DNA from: Candidatus Marinacidobacterales bacterium
GTDB taxonomy: Bacteria; Acidobacteriota; Vicinamibacteria; Marinacidobacterales; DATDRI01
DNA length: 64,000 bases
Reading direction: 5' to 3'
Assembly: GCA_965219415.1 (NCBI GenBank)
Contig: CBDCNP010000002.1
Location: 2,720,001 to 2,784,000, forward strand
The notes beneath the pieces were generated by a model that ran no database searches, was not told the DNA's origin, and saw nothing but the letters and a program-made list of their open reading frames with translations. This document shows positions 51,762 to 61,990 of the stretch, one piece after another. Position 1 is the stretch's first letter, and every line of letters starts with the position of its first letter. Made by a program: the position numbers and the translations under genes.

Positions 51762-51778
51762 AGCAAGAGCCGTGCCGA
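51762..51778 (-). promoter_or_regulatory. Sigma54 promoter for the interrupted secreted-protein gene
   Basis: TCGGCACGGCTCTTGCT, i.e. GG-N10-GC. Confidence 0.7.
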
Positions 51779-52049
51779 GGCGCGGCAGTTTGCCGACTCG
51801 AGCCTAATCCAGGTGGTTTCTTGTGTTTGGTTTAACGAAGCCGGTGGTGAGTATTGTGAAAGGGACTCGATGGCTTTCAAAAAATGTGGGGAAAACCCAT
51901 CGACCAAGTTCTGGCGTCGCGGGGAGTCGTGGAGGGTTGGGGGGCGGGGACCATTAGGTGGTTGCTTTGACCGAAGCTAACCAGGCGGGCACTCGGTTCC
52001 CGCTTGCCGCCAAAATAGGTTGTTGCCAATCTGGAGCTAGCCAGGCGGC

Positions 52050-52195
52050 GGTGGGGCCCCGCGCACACGAGCAAGACGGGCCGCTAGGCCCGCCGGCCAA
52101 GAGGAATTGCCGAGTCGGGATGCAGTGGGCAAGGGAACTTGGCCGTGTTTTTCGCCCGAGCGAAGAGCGAGGGGGTGGGGCCCCGCGCGCACTAA
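52050..52195 (+). repeat. Two GGTGGGGCCCCGCGC-type repeats downstream of tsaD
   Basis: Copies at 52050-52068 and 52171-52195. Confidence 0.62.
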
Positions 52196-52196
52196 T

Positions 52197-53267
52197 TCAA
52201 AGATGCCTCCGAGATCGCCGCTCTCCCCCCTCCCCCAGCCGCAGCTCCACCTCCGCGTTGAGGTCGGGGCCCGAGAACTCGCCTCTCTGAAACTTGAGGT
52301 AACCGGCGGCGGCGATCATGGCCGCATTGTCGGTCGACAGGGCTAGGCTCGGAAAGACAATCGGGATCTTCAGTTTCTCACTCTGTCGACCGAACTCGGA
52401 CCGGAGCTGACGATTGGCGGCCACCCCTCCCGACACGAGAATGGCGCGTGCGTTCACGCGGCGTGAAACTCGTTTGGTGGTAGAAACCAAGGCGTCCACC
52501 ACCGCCTTCTGAAAGCTGGCGGCTAGGTCGAGCACGTCGGTCCGACCCATGGGATCCTCGGCTTCGGCCACCGGATCGATACCGTGCTCCCGGATCGCGC
52601 GCAGCACGGCGGTCTTCAACCCACTGAAGCTGAAGTCATCGCTACCATCCGAGATCTTCGCGACAGGAAGAGGAATCTTCTTGGAGTCACCGTGCTCCGC
52701 CAGCCGATCGATCACCGGGCCACCTGGATATCCGAGGCCCAGGCGCTTCGCGACCTTGTCGTAGGCTTCGCCGGCCGCGTCGTCTCGCGTCTTTCCGACC
52801 AGCTCGTAACGGGCTTCCTCCTCCATTAAATACAAGCCGGTGTGGCCACCTGAAACGACGAGCGATACCGCGGGATGAGGGACCGGTTCCGACTCGTCCC
52901 TCTCCATGTAGGCGGAGCGGATGTGACCTTCCAGGTGATCGACGGCGACGAGGGGAATGTCGCGTGCGTAAGCGATCGACTTTCCGAAGCAGAGCCCCAC
53001 CAGTAGCGAACCGACCAGACCCGGGCCCTGAGTCACAGCAACCGCGTCGATTTGTGACAGCTCCACTCCTGCTTCCCGAAGCGCACCGTCGACAACCGGC
53101 CCAATGTGCGAAAGGTGCTGGCGAGAAGCGATCTCCGGGACGACACCACCGTAGGGACGATGAACCTCTACTTGAGAAGCGATGCGGTTGGAGAGAATCC
53201 GGCGCCCGTCCTCGACGACGGCCGCAGACGTCTCATCGCAGGAGCTTTCGACCCCGAGGATGAGCAC
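52197..53267 (-). CDS. tsaD: tRNA threonylcarbamoyltransferase
   Basis: 'GVESSCDET', 'HLEGH', 'DAAGEAYDK', 'DNAAMIA'. Confidence 0.96.
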   Translation of the reverse strand: MLILGVESSCDETSAAVVEDGRRILSNRIASQVEVHRPYGGVVPEIASRQHLSHIGPVVDGALREAGVELSQIDAVAVTQGPGLVGSLLVGLCFGKSIAYARDIPLVAVDHLEGHIRSAYMERDESEPVPHPAVSLVVSGGHTGLYLMEEEARYELVGKTRDDAAGEAYDKVAKRLGLGYPGGPVIDRLAEHGDSKKIPLPVAKISDGSDDFSFSGLKTAVLRAIREHGIDPVAEAEDPMGRTDVLDLAASFQKAVVDALVSTTKRVSRRVNARAILVSGGVAANRQLRSEFGRQSEKLKIPIVFPSLALSTDNAAMIAAAGYLKFQRGEFSGPDLNAEVELRLGEGGERRSRRHL

Positions 53268-53273
53268 GAAGCT

Positions 53274-54341
53274 TCAGGCAGCCGCTACTTTGTTGGCGAG
53301 CTTTCTCAGAACATCTGCGAAGGGCGAGCGGGCGATACCATTCTCGCAGACGATCGCGGTGACGTACCGGTTCGGGGTCACGTCGAAGGCGGGGTTCTCG
53401 ACCCCTATGCCGTCGGGCGCGATCTGCACTCCCTGGAAGTGAGTGACTTCTTCGGAGCTGCGTTGCTCGATAGGGATTTGATCCCCAGAGGAGATACTAA
53501 GATCGAACGTGCTGGTCGGAGCTACTGCGTAGAAGGGAATCTTGTGCTCACGTGCGAGGACGGCCACCGAGTAGGTTCCGATCTTGTTGGCAACATCGCC
53601 ATTGGCCGCAATCCGATCCGAGCCCACTACAACCATATCGATCTTTTTCTTGGCCATGAGGTGGCCGGCCATGTTGTCGGTAATGAGGGTAACCGGGATC
53701 CCATCCTTGGCGAGCTCCCACGTCGTCAGTCGCGCCCCTTGCAGGAATGGACGCGTCTCATCGGCGTAGACTTCGACCTTTTTGCCGGCCTCAACCGCGG
53801 CACGGACCATTCCCAGGGCGGTTCCGTAGCCGGCCGTGGCGAGCGCGCCGGCGTTACAATGCGTCAAGATCCGCGCGCCGTCGGGCACGAGGTCGGCGCC
53901 GTGCTTACCCATGCGACGGTTGATGGCAATGTCTTCGTTCAAGATTTTGATCGCTTCCTGCTCAAGCCCTTCTACGAGACGGGACGAGCCTTCCGGAATG
54001 AGCTCTTCGAAGCGCGACTTCATTCTCTCGATCGCCCAAAATAGGTTGACCGCCGTCGGTCGCGTCCCGCGCATGAGCTCGCACACTCGATCCATGGATG
54101 CGCGCAGCGTTTTTTCGTCCTTGGATGACGACTGCGACGCTAGTGACGTCAATTTCAGGCCTAGAGCGATACCCATCGCCGCGGTGACGCCAATCGCGGG
54201 AGCTCCGCGCACCACCATATCTTTGATGGCGGCGGCGACCTCTTCCGCGGTCCGACAACTGAGGTACTCTTCGCGAGTGGGGAGAATCCTCTGATCCAGC
54301 AAGGCGACCGCGTCGCCTTCCCAACGAATGGTATCCAACAA
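53274..54341 (-). CDS. mtnA: S-methyl-5-thioribose-1-phosphate isomerase
   Basis: 'VRGAPAIG', 'RPTAVNL', '[10 protein letters not shown]', 'NPAFDVTP'; TTG start after GGAGG. Confidence 0.95.
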   Translation of the reverse strand: MLDTIRWEGDAVALLDQRILPTREEYLSCRTAEEVAAAIKDMVVRGAPAIGVTAAMGIALGLKLTSLASQSSSKDEKTLRASMDRVCELMRGTRPTAVNLFWAIERMKSRFEELIPEGSSRLVEGLEQEAIKILNEDIAINRRMGKHGADLVPDGARILTHCNAGALATAGYGTALGMVRAAVEAGKKVEVYADETRPFLQGARLTTWELAKDGIPVTLITDNMAGHLMAKKKIDMVVVGSDRIAANGDVANKIGTYSVAVLAREHKIPFYAVAPTSTFDLSISSGDQIPIEQRSSEEVTHFQGVQIAPDGIGVENPAFDVTPNRYVTAIVCENGIARSPFADVLRKLANKVAAA

Positions 54342-54416
54342 AGCTGTATTACCTCCGGTTACACGAGGATCATACAAAGGAGGCCCTGCGCAATGCAACC
54401 GAACCGCCTACGTCTC

Positions 54417-55286
54417 TTAGACCCGAGCGGCCTCGAGTAGACGGATAACCCTCTCTCCATAAACCACCTTGCCCAGAGGCCAGCACTGCGCGTGAGCCGC
54501 ACCGGCAATCACCAGGTGATCCGCCGGTCCTACCGCCTCGCCAAGGAAGCGGCTCCCGACTTCAGGAGTCATGGCGTGGATCCTCGGCGCCGCTCACCAA
54601 CATCAGCGGGCGCTCGCCCAAGGATTTGACCGCATCGCCGACAGACACTCGAAAGAGATTGAACCCCGTCTTCACGGAAGCCATGGCCAGACTCAGAGGC
54701 ACCAGCGGAAATTGCGGCACGCGAAAACGCAGGCGAACCGTATCCGCCACAACTCGATAAAGCCTTTCGTAGCTCGACTCGGCGACGACCCCCACAATTC
54801 GAGGTTCTTCGGCGGCGGCGAGGAGGGCGGTTGCCGCGCCCTTCGAAATCCCCCAGAGCACGAATCGATCGCCGCGACTCCGCTCGCTCAGCATTCGAAT
54901 GGCCTCGACGAGGTCTCGCGCTTCCAGGGGGCCAAGAGAAACCTTTGCCGCAGCGCTTTCCCCGTGGCCTCTTTGGTCGTAGATGAGGCTCGGATAGCCC
55001 CGATCGAATAGGAAGCGAGCCTGGTCGAGGTAGGAGCCCGTGTTGTCGGTGTAACCGTGGAGAATCACCACCGGAGGCTTGTGAAGCTCGGGCCCGATCA
55101 ACCATCCCATCAACCGTAATCCATCATGGGAAGCGAACGTGACCCACTCGAACGGCAACCCCGCATCGGTAGGTGTGAAATCCGTCGGTTTATTTCTGGG
55201 AGGGTGAAATGAGAAGCTCGGCGAAGGAGGTAGGACAGTCCCAACAACAACGCCAGGACGACTCCTGCGACGAACAGGAGCGTCAT
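54417..55286 (-). CDS. Alpha/beta hydrolase with N-terminal anchor; frameshifts near 55225 and 54573
   Basis: 'LHGY', 'DQRGHGES', G-I-S-K-G nucleophile elbow, 'GAED'; His motif 'AGAAH' lies in the shifted frame. Confidence 0.78.
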
Positions 55287-55313
55287 GATTTTGGGGGAAT
55301 CGGATGGATCGGG

Positions 55314-56237
55314 CTAGCTGTTATAGACGAAAGTGATCCAGTTCCGGTAGCCCTCGAGCTCGCCCAGGGTTGCAGCACGGTATCGTTCGCTGAGCTTCGC
55401 AGTGATCGAACCGGTCTTTCCGTTGGCCACCATCCGCCGATCGATGCTCCTCACACTGACCAGTTTGGCGGCTGTTCCACAGATGAAGGCCTCATCGGCC
55501 ACGTAGAGCTCGGAGCGGTCAACGGGTCGCTCCTGGACTTCGATCCCCAGACTCTTCTCCGCTAGCTCCATGAGGCTGGCACGGGTGATGCCCTCCAAGA
55601 CGTTCGCCGTGACAGGGGTCGTGATCAACCGACCGTCGCGTACCAGAAAGAGGTTCATTCCCGGAGCTTCGGAGACGTGGCCGTCCTCATTTAGGAAGAT
55701 CGCCTCGTCGAACCCGTTGCTGCGAGCTTCGTCCCCCGCCAGACAGCTATTGACGTAGGCCCCGTTGATCTTGGCCCGGCCGGGGATGGCATTGTCCTCG
55801 ATCCGCCTCCAAGAGGAAACGGCGAGGTCGATCCCTTCCGTCTTGCTGAGATAAGTCCCCATCGAGGCGAAAAAGATCGTGAGGTCTTGATTCTCGAACA
55901 ACGTGACGCCGAAGCGACGGTCCGACTTGTAGAGGACCGGTCGGATGTACAAATCGCAGCGCAGCTCGTTCTTGCGGATTAGGTCGACGGTCAGGGAGGC
56001 CAACTCATCCACCGGCCGAGGCAGGCTCATCTTGAGGATGTGGGCGTTGGTAGCCAGGCGCTCGTAATGCTCTCTCAACCGAAAGACGTAAACATCGCTC
56101 TTCGTCTCGTCCCAAAAGCCACGGATTCCATCGAACACAGCGGTCCCGTAGAGAAAACCGTGGGTGGCAACCGAGACACGCGCTTCCGCGAAAGGAACTA
56201 CTTTACCTTCGAAGTAGGCGTACTTGGCGAAATACAC
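55314..56237 (-). CDS. ilvE: Branched-chain amino acid aminotransferase
   Basis: 'YGTAVFDGIR', 'AKINGAY', 'LEGITR', 'GTAA'. Confidence 0.92.
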   Translation of the reverse strand: MYFAKYAYFEGKVVPFAEARVSVATHGFLYGTAVFDGIRGFWDETKSDVYVFRLREHYERLATNAHILKMSLPRPVDELASLTVDLIRKNELRCDLYIRPVLYKSDRRFGVTLFENQDLTIFFASMGTYLSKTEGIDLAVSSWRRIEDNAIPGRAKINGAYVNSCLAGDEARSNGFDEAIFLNEDGHVSEAPGMNLFLVRDGRLITTPVTANVLEGITRASLMELAEKSLGIEVQERPVDRSELYVADEAFICGTAAKLVSVRSIDRRMVANGKTGSITAKLSERYRAATLGELEGYRNWITFVYNS

Positions 56238-56334
56238 TTCATCCTCCTGGCGCCGGCTGGCTCTGTCCCCCAGTTCGACGCCGTGGGCCCTCTCGCAGTC
56301 TAGCCCGTGAGCGAGAGAGCCCCAAGGGAATTCG

Positions 56335-56670
56335 TCACGGCGTCGCAGGCCACTTCACGAACAAGATACTGAGCGAGATGACGAATACGTAAATCACGAG
56401 CGATTCGATCAGCACCACGCCCAACAGAAAGGCGAAGCGGATCTGAGGAGCGGCGCCGGGGTTTCTAGAGATCGCTTCACAGGCGGCAGCCGCGGCCTTG
56501 CCTTGGGAATAGGCGCCGAAAGCGGCGGCGAAGGCCAAGGCTCCGGCGCCCGCGATCAAGGCCCACTCGGTGACGCCGGACGTCCAAATCCCCTCCCCTT
56601 GCGCATACGCGGGAGTTCCCATCATCAGAAAGACCAGCGACCCGAAAGCCGCCAACAATATCCTTTTCAC
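56335..56670 (-). CDS. atpE: ATP synthase Fo subunit c with N-terminal signal-like extension
   Basis: 'SRNP' loop and carboxylate in 'IESLVIY'. Confidence 0.93.
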   Translation of the reverse strand: MKRILLAAFGSLVFLMMGTPAYAQGEGIWTSGVTEWALIAGAGALAFAAAFGAYSQGKAAAAACEAISRNPGAAPQIRFAFLLGVVLIESLVIYVFVISLSILFVKWPATP

Positions 56671-56735
56671 CAGAATATCCTCCTTTCGCAGTCAACGAAT
56701 AGCTCAAGCTCGGCGAGCACCAACGTATTGCACGA

Positions 56736-57416
56736 TCAATGTTCTTCCATGGCCACGGCGCCACCGAGGTAAATCATGGTCAGCATGACGAAGACGAAGG
56801 CTTGCAGAATACTTCCAAATACGGCGAAGGCCATCATGGGTAGCGGAATCAAGAACGGAACAAGGCTCGCCAGCACGAGAATCACGAGCTCTTCGCCAAA
56901 GATGTTGCCGAAGAGCCGCATCGACAAGGACAGGACGCGGCTAATGTGACTGATGATCTCGATGGGAAGCATGATGATCGCCATGGGAAGCACCGGCCCG
57001 AGAAAGTGCTTCAGATACGGTAAGAGCCCTTGCGCTAGCACTCCCTGGTAATTGTAGTAAAGGAACGACACCAGAGCGCAACCGACGGGTACGTTCAGGT
57101 TCGTGGTGGGAGACGATAATCCTGGTACCAAGCCCGCCAGATTGCACGTCAATATGAACAGCCCGAGAGTGCCGACCAAGCTCAAGAACTTGGGCCCCTT
57201 GGGGCCGACGTTCTCTTTGAGCATACCAATCAACCCGCCCACCGTGGCTTCCAGGACCAACTGCAGACGCCCTGGTTCCTCGACGCGAATGCGCGAGCGA
57301 AACCACACCGCCCCCACCATCAACAGTAATCCGATGAAAACGGCCATGAGGACATGGTCCGGAACAGCCTCGTGAACGAGGCCGAAGAGGAACGATTTGT
57401 GTTCGAGTTCTTCCAT
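56736..57416 (-). CDS. atpB: ATP synthase Fo subunit a
   Basis: 'SLSMRLFGN', 'LQAFVFVML'. Confidence 0.95.
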   Translation of the reverse strand: MEELEHKSFLFGLVHEAVPDHVLMAVFIGLLLMVGAVWFRSRIRVEEPGRLQLVLEATVGGLIGMLKENVGPKGPKFLSLVGTLGLFILTCNLAGLVPGLSSPTTNLNVPVGCALVSFLYYNYQGVLAQGLLPYLKHFLGPVLPMAIIMLPIEIISHISRVLSLSMRLFGNIFGEELVILVLASLVPFLIPLPMMAFAVFGSILQAFVFVMLTMIYLGGAVAMEEH

Positions 57417-57519
57417 ACAAAAAATCAGCCGCACGCACCTGGCGGCGGCGATCTGACTTTAGTTGCTTGGGTTCGGAAGCCCGGCTAAACCTGGTCAAGC
57501 CCGGAGGCGCCGGGAGTGG

Positions 57520-57918
57520 TCAATCTTGGGCGCGCCCCTCGTACGCTTCGAAGACCCACTCAAAAAATATGGCCGCTACCGGGGCCGATAGACCCAAGCT
57601 TACGGCCACCACGTTTGCATTCCAAACAGCGAATATAACATACAGCGCCGCTCCCAACAAGGCGTAGCGCAGCGCGAAACCGAGTACCGCCAGCTTGGCA
57701 CCCCGTCTCGCGCTCGGCTGTGCCACTCGGCCCAGCACCCAGCTCAGGGCGCTGTAGTTTACGAGGGCGATGAGCCCTCCCGCCGCGACTGACACGGCGA
57801 AATCGACTCCCCCCAGAAGCCCCAAGCCCGTGGCGAGACAGGCAAGGCCAACCGCGAGCCAACCGACTCGGCGTTCCGCAGCGGCCGGAGGTACCGGCCC
57901 CTGGTCACGGGGTCCCAT
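57520..57918 (-). CDS. atpI: ATP synthase accessory protein I (four TM segments)
   Basis: Four TM segments, 'FALRY'; directly upstream of atpB. Confidence 0.72.
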   Translation of the reverse strand: MGPRDQGPVPPAAAERRVGWLAVGLACLATGLGLLGGVDFAVSVAAGGLIALVNYSALSWVLGRVAQPSARRGAKLAVLGFALRYALLGAALYVIFAVWNANVVAVSLGLSAPVAAIFFEWVFEAYEGRAQD

Positions 57919-58132
57919 CAAGCTTCTTGAGCACGCGGAAGAGGTTGATGAACGGGGCCGCGATCCCGAAACAAAGGAAGACGAACGAGAGCCACGGAAA
58001 CGTACCCAGCCAGTGGTCCAAGTAATAGCCGGCCGCGGCCCCAAAGGTGATGGAAATGGGGAACATCAGCCCTACGGTGGAAAGCAGCGCGAGTTTCTGA
58101 AATCTCCCTCCGGAGTCGGAAGGCTTCGGCAT
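57905..58132 (-). CDS. AtpZ/AtpI 'gene 1' family protein
   Basis: 'GYYLDHWLGTFPW' motif. Confidence 0.82.
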   Translation of the reverse strand: MPKPSDSGGRFQKLALLSTVGLMFPISITFGAAAGYYLDHWLGTFPWLSFVFLCFGIAAPFINLFRVLKKLDGTP

Positions 58133-58194
58133 GATGCCTCTCAACGGCCTGGCAGGCGAGGCTGCCGATCGCGTTGCAGGATTCTAGCGGTCGT

Positions 58195-59769
58195 TTATTG
58201 GTCCGGGCCGCTCGGCTCGACGGCCTTCACGGTTCGAAACGCTGGGGCCTCGGCCGCTTGAATGGGTGATGCCTCGATCTTCTCTACGATCGCTCGAACC
58301 GGAACCTCGAGACGTTTGAGGAAGGGCGCGGGGTAGACGCCAATCCAGATGCAAAAGGCGATGATCGGAATGAGCGTCCAGCGTTCGCGCCAATCCAGGT
58401 CCTTAAGCTTCATGTTCTCCGGCTGGTCCAGCTTGCCGAACATCGTCCTCTGATAGAGCCAGAGCAGGTAGGCCGCTCCGAGAACAATCCCCAACACTGC
58501 AAATGCCGCCCACCACGGTTCGACGGCGAACGCTCCTTGCAGAATCATGAACTCCCCGATAAAACCGTTCAGCAGGGGCAGCCCCAATGAGGCCAACGCA
58601 ATGACGAGGAACATCGCTGCGAAGACCGGCACGACCTTGGCAAGTCCTCCAAAGTCAGCGATCTCACGGGTGTGACGCCGCTCGTAAATAAGGCCCACCG
58701 TCAAGAAGAGGCCGCCGGTTGAGAGTCCATGGTTGATCATCTGCAGGATCCCACCCTGAAGGCCGATCTCGTTCAAGGCGAAGATCCCCAGCATCACGAA
58801 ACCCAAGTGACTTACCGAGCTGTACGCAACCAGCTTCTTCCAATCGCTCTGTACCAACGCCACCATGGCGCCGTATACGATTCCGATGATGGCCAGCAGA
58901 ACCATCCACCAGACCGCATCCTTGCTTGCGTCCGGTAAGAGAGGAAGCGAGAAACGAACGAAACCGTACGTCCCCATCTTCAGGAGCACACCGGCCAGGA
59001 TCACCGAGCCCGCAGTAGGTGCTTCCACGTGCGCATCGGGAAGCCAGGTGTGAAAAGGAAACATCGGGACTTTGATGGCGAACCCGACGAAAAAGGCCAA
59101 GAACACCCAGAACTGGAGATCAGCGGGGAGTCCGATGTGCATGAGCTGCTCGACGTCGAACGTGTAGACCCCGGTCTGGGCATAGTAGTAAAAGTAGAGC
59201 GCCAAAATGCCGAGCAGCATCAACACACTTCCCACCAACGTGTACAAGAAGAACTTGATGGCGGCGTAGAGCTTTCGAGGTCCACCCCAAACACCAATGA
59301 GGAAGTACATCGGGACCAGCATCACTTCCCAAAAGACGTAAAAGAGAAAGAAGTCCAAGGCCACGAAGACGCCCAGCATTCCCGTTTGGAGGAGAAGCAT
59401 CATCACGTAAAACTCTTTGACTCTCTCGGTGATGGCCTTCCACGCAGACAGAATCGCGATGAAACCGAGCATCGTCGTGAGTAAGATGAGCAGCAGACTG
59501 ATCCCGTCGATTCCCAGGAAATACTGGACGCCGATGCTCGGGATCCAATCGTGGCGTTCCTTAAACTGGAACTGCGGCCCATTGGGATCGAAAGAGAACC
59601 AGAGCGGCAACGAAATGGCGAACCCGGCAAATCCGAAGATGTTCGCGAGCCAACGAACCAGATCCTCTTGGTGTTTCTTGGTGAAGAAGAGGATGATGAG
59701 GCCCCCGACGCCGGGAAGAAAAACGACCCAGGATAGGATTGGCCAACCGAGCGGATTGTTCTCGAGCAT
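58195..59769 (-). CDS. nuoM: Complex I antiporter-like subunit M
   Basis: 'FWEVMLVPM', 'HTWLPDAHVEAPT', 'LLKMG', 'YSSVSH'. Confidence 0.94.
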   Translation of the reverse strand: MLENNPLGWPILSWVVFLPGVGGLIILFFTKKHQEDLVRWLANIFGFAGFAISLPLWFSFDPNGPQFQFKERHDWIPSIGVQYFLGIDGISLLLILLTTMLGFIAILSAWKAITERVKEFYVMMLLLQTGMLGVFVALDFFLFYVFWEVMLVPMYFLIGVWGGPRKLYAAIKFFLYTLVGSVLMLLGILALYFYYYAQTGVYTFDVEQLMHIGLPADLQFWVFLAFFVGFAIKVPMFPFHTWLPDAHVEAPTAGSVILAGVLLKMGTYGFVRFSLPLLPDASKDAVWWMVLLAIIGIVYGAMVALVQSDWKKLVAYSSVSHLGFVMLGIFALNEIGLQGGILQMINHGLSTGGLFLTVGLIYERRHTREIADFGGLAKVVPVFAAMFLVIALASLGLPLLNGFIGEFMILQGAFAVEPWWAAFAVLGIVLGAAYLLWLYQRTMFGKLDQPENMKLKDLDWRERWTLIPIIAFCIWIGVYPAPFLKRLEVPVRAIVEKIEASPIQAAEAPAFRTVKAVEPSGPDQ

Positions 59770-59785
59770 CGAGCGAGTCCTTCCC

Positions 59786-61891
59786 TTAAATCAAGAAAAA
59801 ATATGCGCCAACCAAGACGAAGATGCCCACTAGCATCACCAGGGCGTAGTTTTGAACCAAACCGGTCTGGAGGCGACGGAAGATTCCGGACAAGCTTGCC
59901 AGCATGGAACCCACCCCGTTCACCGCGCCATCTACGAAATTCATGTCGAAGAAGTTGGAAATATAGCTGATGATCAGCGTTCCTAGAGCCGACCCGTTGA
60001 CCGCGCCGTCGACGACCTTCGCGTCGAACACGTACAATCCCTTGCCCGCGTTCAAGGTCCCTTGTACAAACGCCTTATCGTAGCCCTCATCGACGTAGTA
60101 CTTGTTGTAGAGCCACCGATGGGCGACGGGCCATGCCTCCGCCATCGCCTTCGGCTTTTCGGGTCGTCGGACGTAGAAAGTGTAGGCAAGGAAAAGACCG
60201 AAGCCCGCGACCGCGATGGAAATGAGAGCGAACAGAATCTCCGTGCTAGCCGCACCGTGGTGAGCCGCCTCCGCGCCCGCCCCTGCCTCAGAGGCCGCGG
60301 CGTGCGTCCCCGCCATGATGGCCGGCTCGAGGAAACCCTCGATTCTGTTCGAACCGCCGAAGGCGTGCGGCACACCGACGTAACCGGCAAGGATCGATCC
60401 GGCAGCCAACAGAATGAGCGGCCAGGTCATGACGGCGGGAGACTCATGGAGATGAGACTCCATCTTCTCGCCACCTCGAAATTTCCCGAAGAACGTCATC
60501 AAGACTTGTCGCCCCATGTAGAAGGCGGTCATTCCGGCAGCAACCAAGCCGATGAGCCAAAGAGCCCAATGCCCGTGTGAGCCGCTCCACGCCTTCCACA
60601 AGATCTCGTCCTTGCTAAAAAAGCCCGCCGTCAGCGGCACGCCGGAAAGGGCGGCGGTGGCGATCATGAAGGTGAGACCGGTCTTGGGCATGTGACGGTA
60701 GAGCCCGCCCATGTTCCGCATGTCCTGCATCTCGGTGTAGGTTCGATGTCCACCCGACTCATGCTCCGCATGCTCCATGGAATGAATAGCGCTACCCGAC
60801 CCCAAGAATAGGCAGGCCTTGAAGAAGGCGTGTGTCATCAGATGGAAGACCGCGGCGCCAAAGGCACCGACCCCGCAGGCCAGGAACATGTAGCCGAGCT
60901 GCGAAACGGTGGAGTAGGCAAGTACTCTCTTGATGTCGTTTTGCACTAAACCGATGGAGGCCGCGAAGATCGCCGTCAGCGCGCCCACCACCGCGACCAC
61001 CGCGAGCGCTGCCGGTGCGTGCTCGAAGAGCACCCCGCACCGCGCCACCATATAGACACCGGCGGTCACCATAGTAGCAGCGTGTATCAGCGCCGACACC
61101 GGCGTCGGGCCTTCCATGGCGTCGGGCAGCCAAACGTAAAGAGGAATTTGGGCCGATTTGCCGGCAGCGCCGACGAAAAGCAAAATACCTATTACCGACA
61201 GGAGCCCGAAGCCGACCTCGGGTTGAGTAAACCGATCCGCGATCGCGCCCATCACCGCATAGAAATCGAGCGACCCGAAGTTGACGAATATCAGCATCAT
61301 CGCCAAAAGGAATCCCGCGTCACCGATGCGGTTGACGATGAAGGCCTTCTTCCCGGCGTCGGCAGCCGATTTCCTCTCGAACCAAAATCCGATGAGCAAG
61401 TACGAGCAGAGCCCCACACCTTCCCACCCGATGAACAGCAGCAGGAAGTTCGCGCCCAGCACGAGATTAAGCATGAAGAAGCTGAACAGGTTCAGATAGG
61501 AGAAGTAGCGAGCGTGGCCCTCGTCGTGAGCCATATAGCCGATGGAATAGACATGGATGAGAAATCCGACGCCGGTGACGACCAACGTCATCACCATGGA
61601 GAGAGAATCCAGTCGATACTCCCAGGCGATGTTCAGATTGGCAAGCGACCCGTCCACCATGGGGACGCCCATTCCCGGAATCCAAGTGAAGAGCTTGATC
61701 TTCTCGACGGCGGTGCCCCCGCCCGACCAGAAGATTCCGAAGAAGCTACTGAGAGCGAGGAGGAACGACGCGCCGATGCTTCCGCAGGCAACGGCGGATA
61801 CCACGGGCTTCGGGAATCGCTTGCCCAGAAGCCCGTTGATGGCAGCGCCGAGTCCGGGCAGGAGCGGAATCAACCAGAAGAGTTCACTCAC
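59786..61891 (-). CDS. nuoL: Complex I antiporter-like subunit L with extended lateral helix
   Basis: 'WEGVGLCS', 'WLPDAMEGPTPVSALIHAATM', 'FFSKD'; duplicated VDGAVNG. Confidence 0.94.
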   Translation of the reverse strand: MSELFWLIPLLPGLGAAINGLLGKRFPKPVVSAVACGSIGASFLLALSSFFGIFWSGGGTAVEKIKLFTWIPGMGVPMVDGSLANLNIAWEYRLDSLSMVMTLVVTGVGFLIHVYSIGYMAHDEGHARYFSYLNLFSFFMLNLVLGANFLLLFIGWEGVGLCSYLLIGFWFERKSAADAGKKAFIVNRIGDAGFLLAMMLIFVNFGSLDFYAVMGAIADRFTQPEVGFGLLSVIGILLFVGAAGKSAQIPLYVWLPDAMEGPTPVSALIHAATMVTAGVYMVARCGVLFEHAPAALAVVAVVGALTAIFAASIGLVQNDIKRVLAYSTVSQLGYMFLACGVGAFGAAVFHLMTHAFFKACLFLGSGSAIHSMEHAEHESGGHRTYTEMQDMRNMGGLYRHMPKTGLTFMIATAALSGVPLTAGFFSKDEILWKAWSGSHGHWALWLIGLVAAGMTAFYMGRQVLMTFFGKFRGGEKMESHLHESPAVMTWPLILLAAGSILAGYVGVPHAFGGSNRIEGFLEPAIMAGTHAAASEAGAGAEAAHHGAASTEILFALISIAVAGFGLFLAYTFYVRRPEKPKAMAEAWPVAHRWLYNKYYVDEGYDKAFVQGTLNAGKGLYVFDAKVVDGAVNGSALGTLIISYISNFFDMNFVDGAVNGVGSMLASLSGIFRRLQTGLVQNYALVMLVGIFVLVGAYFFLI

Positions 61892-61990
61892 AATTTGGCG
61901 TTATGTGCGAAGAGAATGCGCTCTATAAACTTCGAGGAGGCCTCCCCATCTCTAGGACGGTGGCCTCCCCTACAGTCGAAACGTCGCGGA

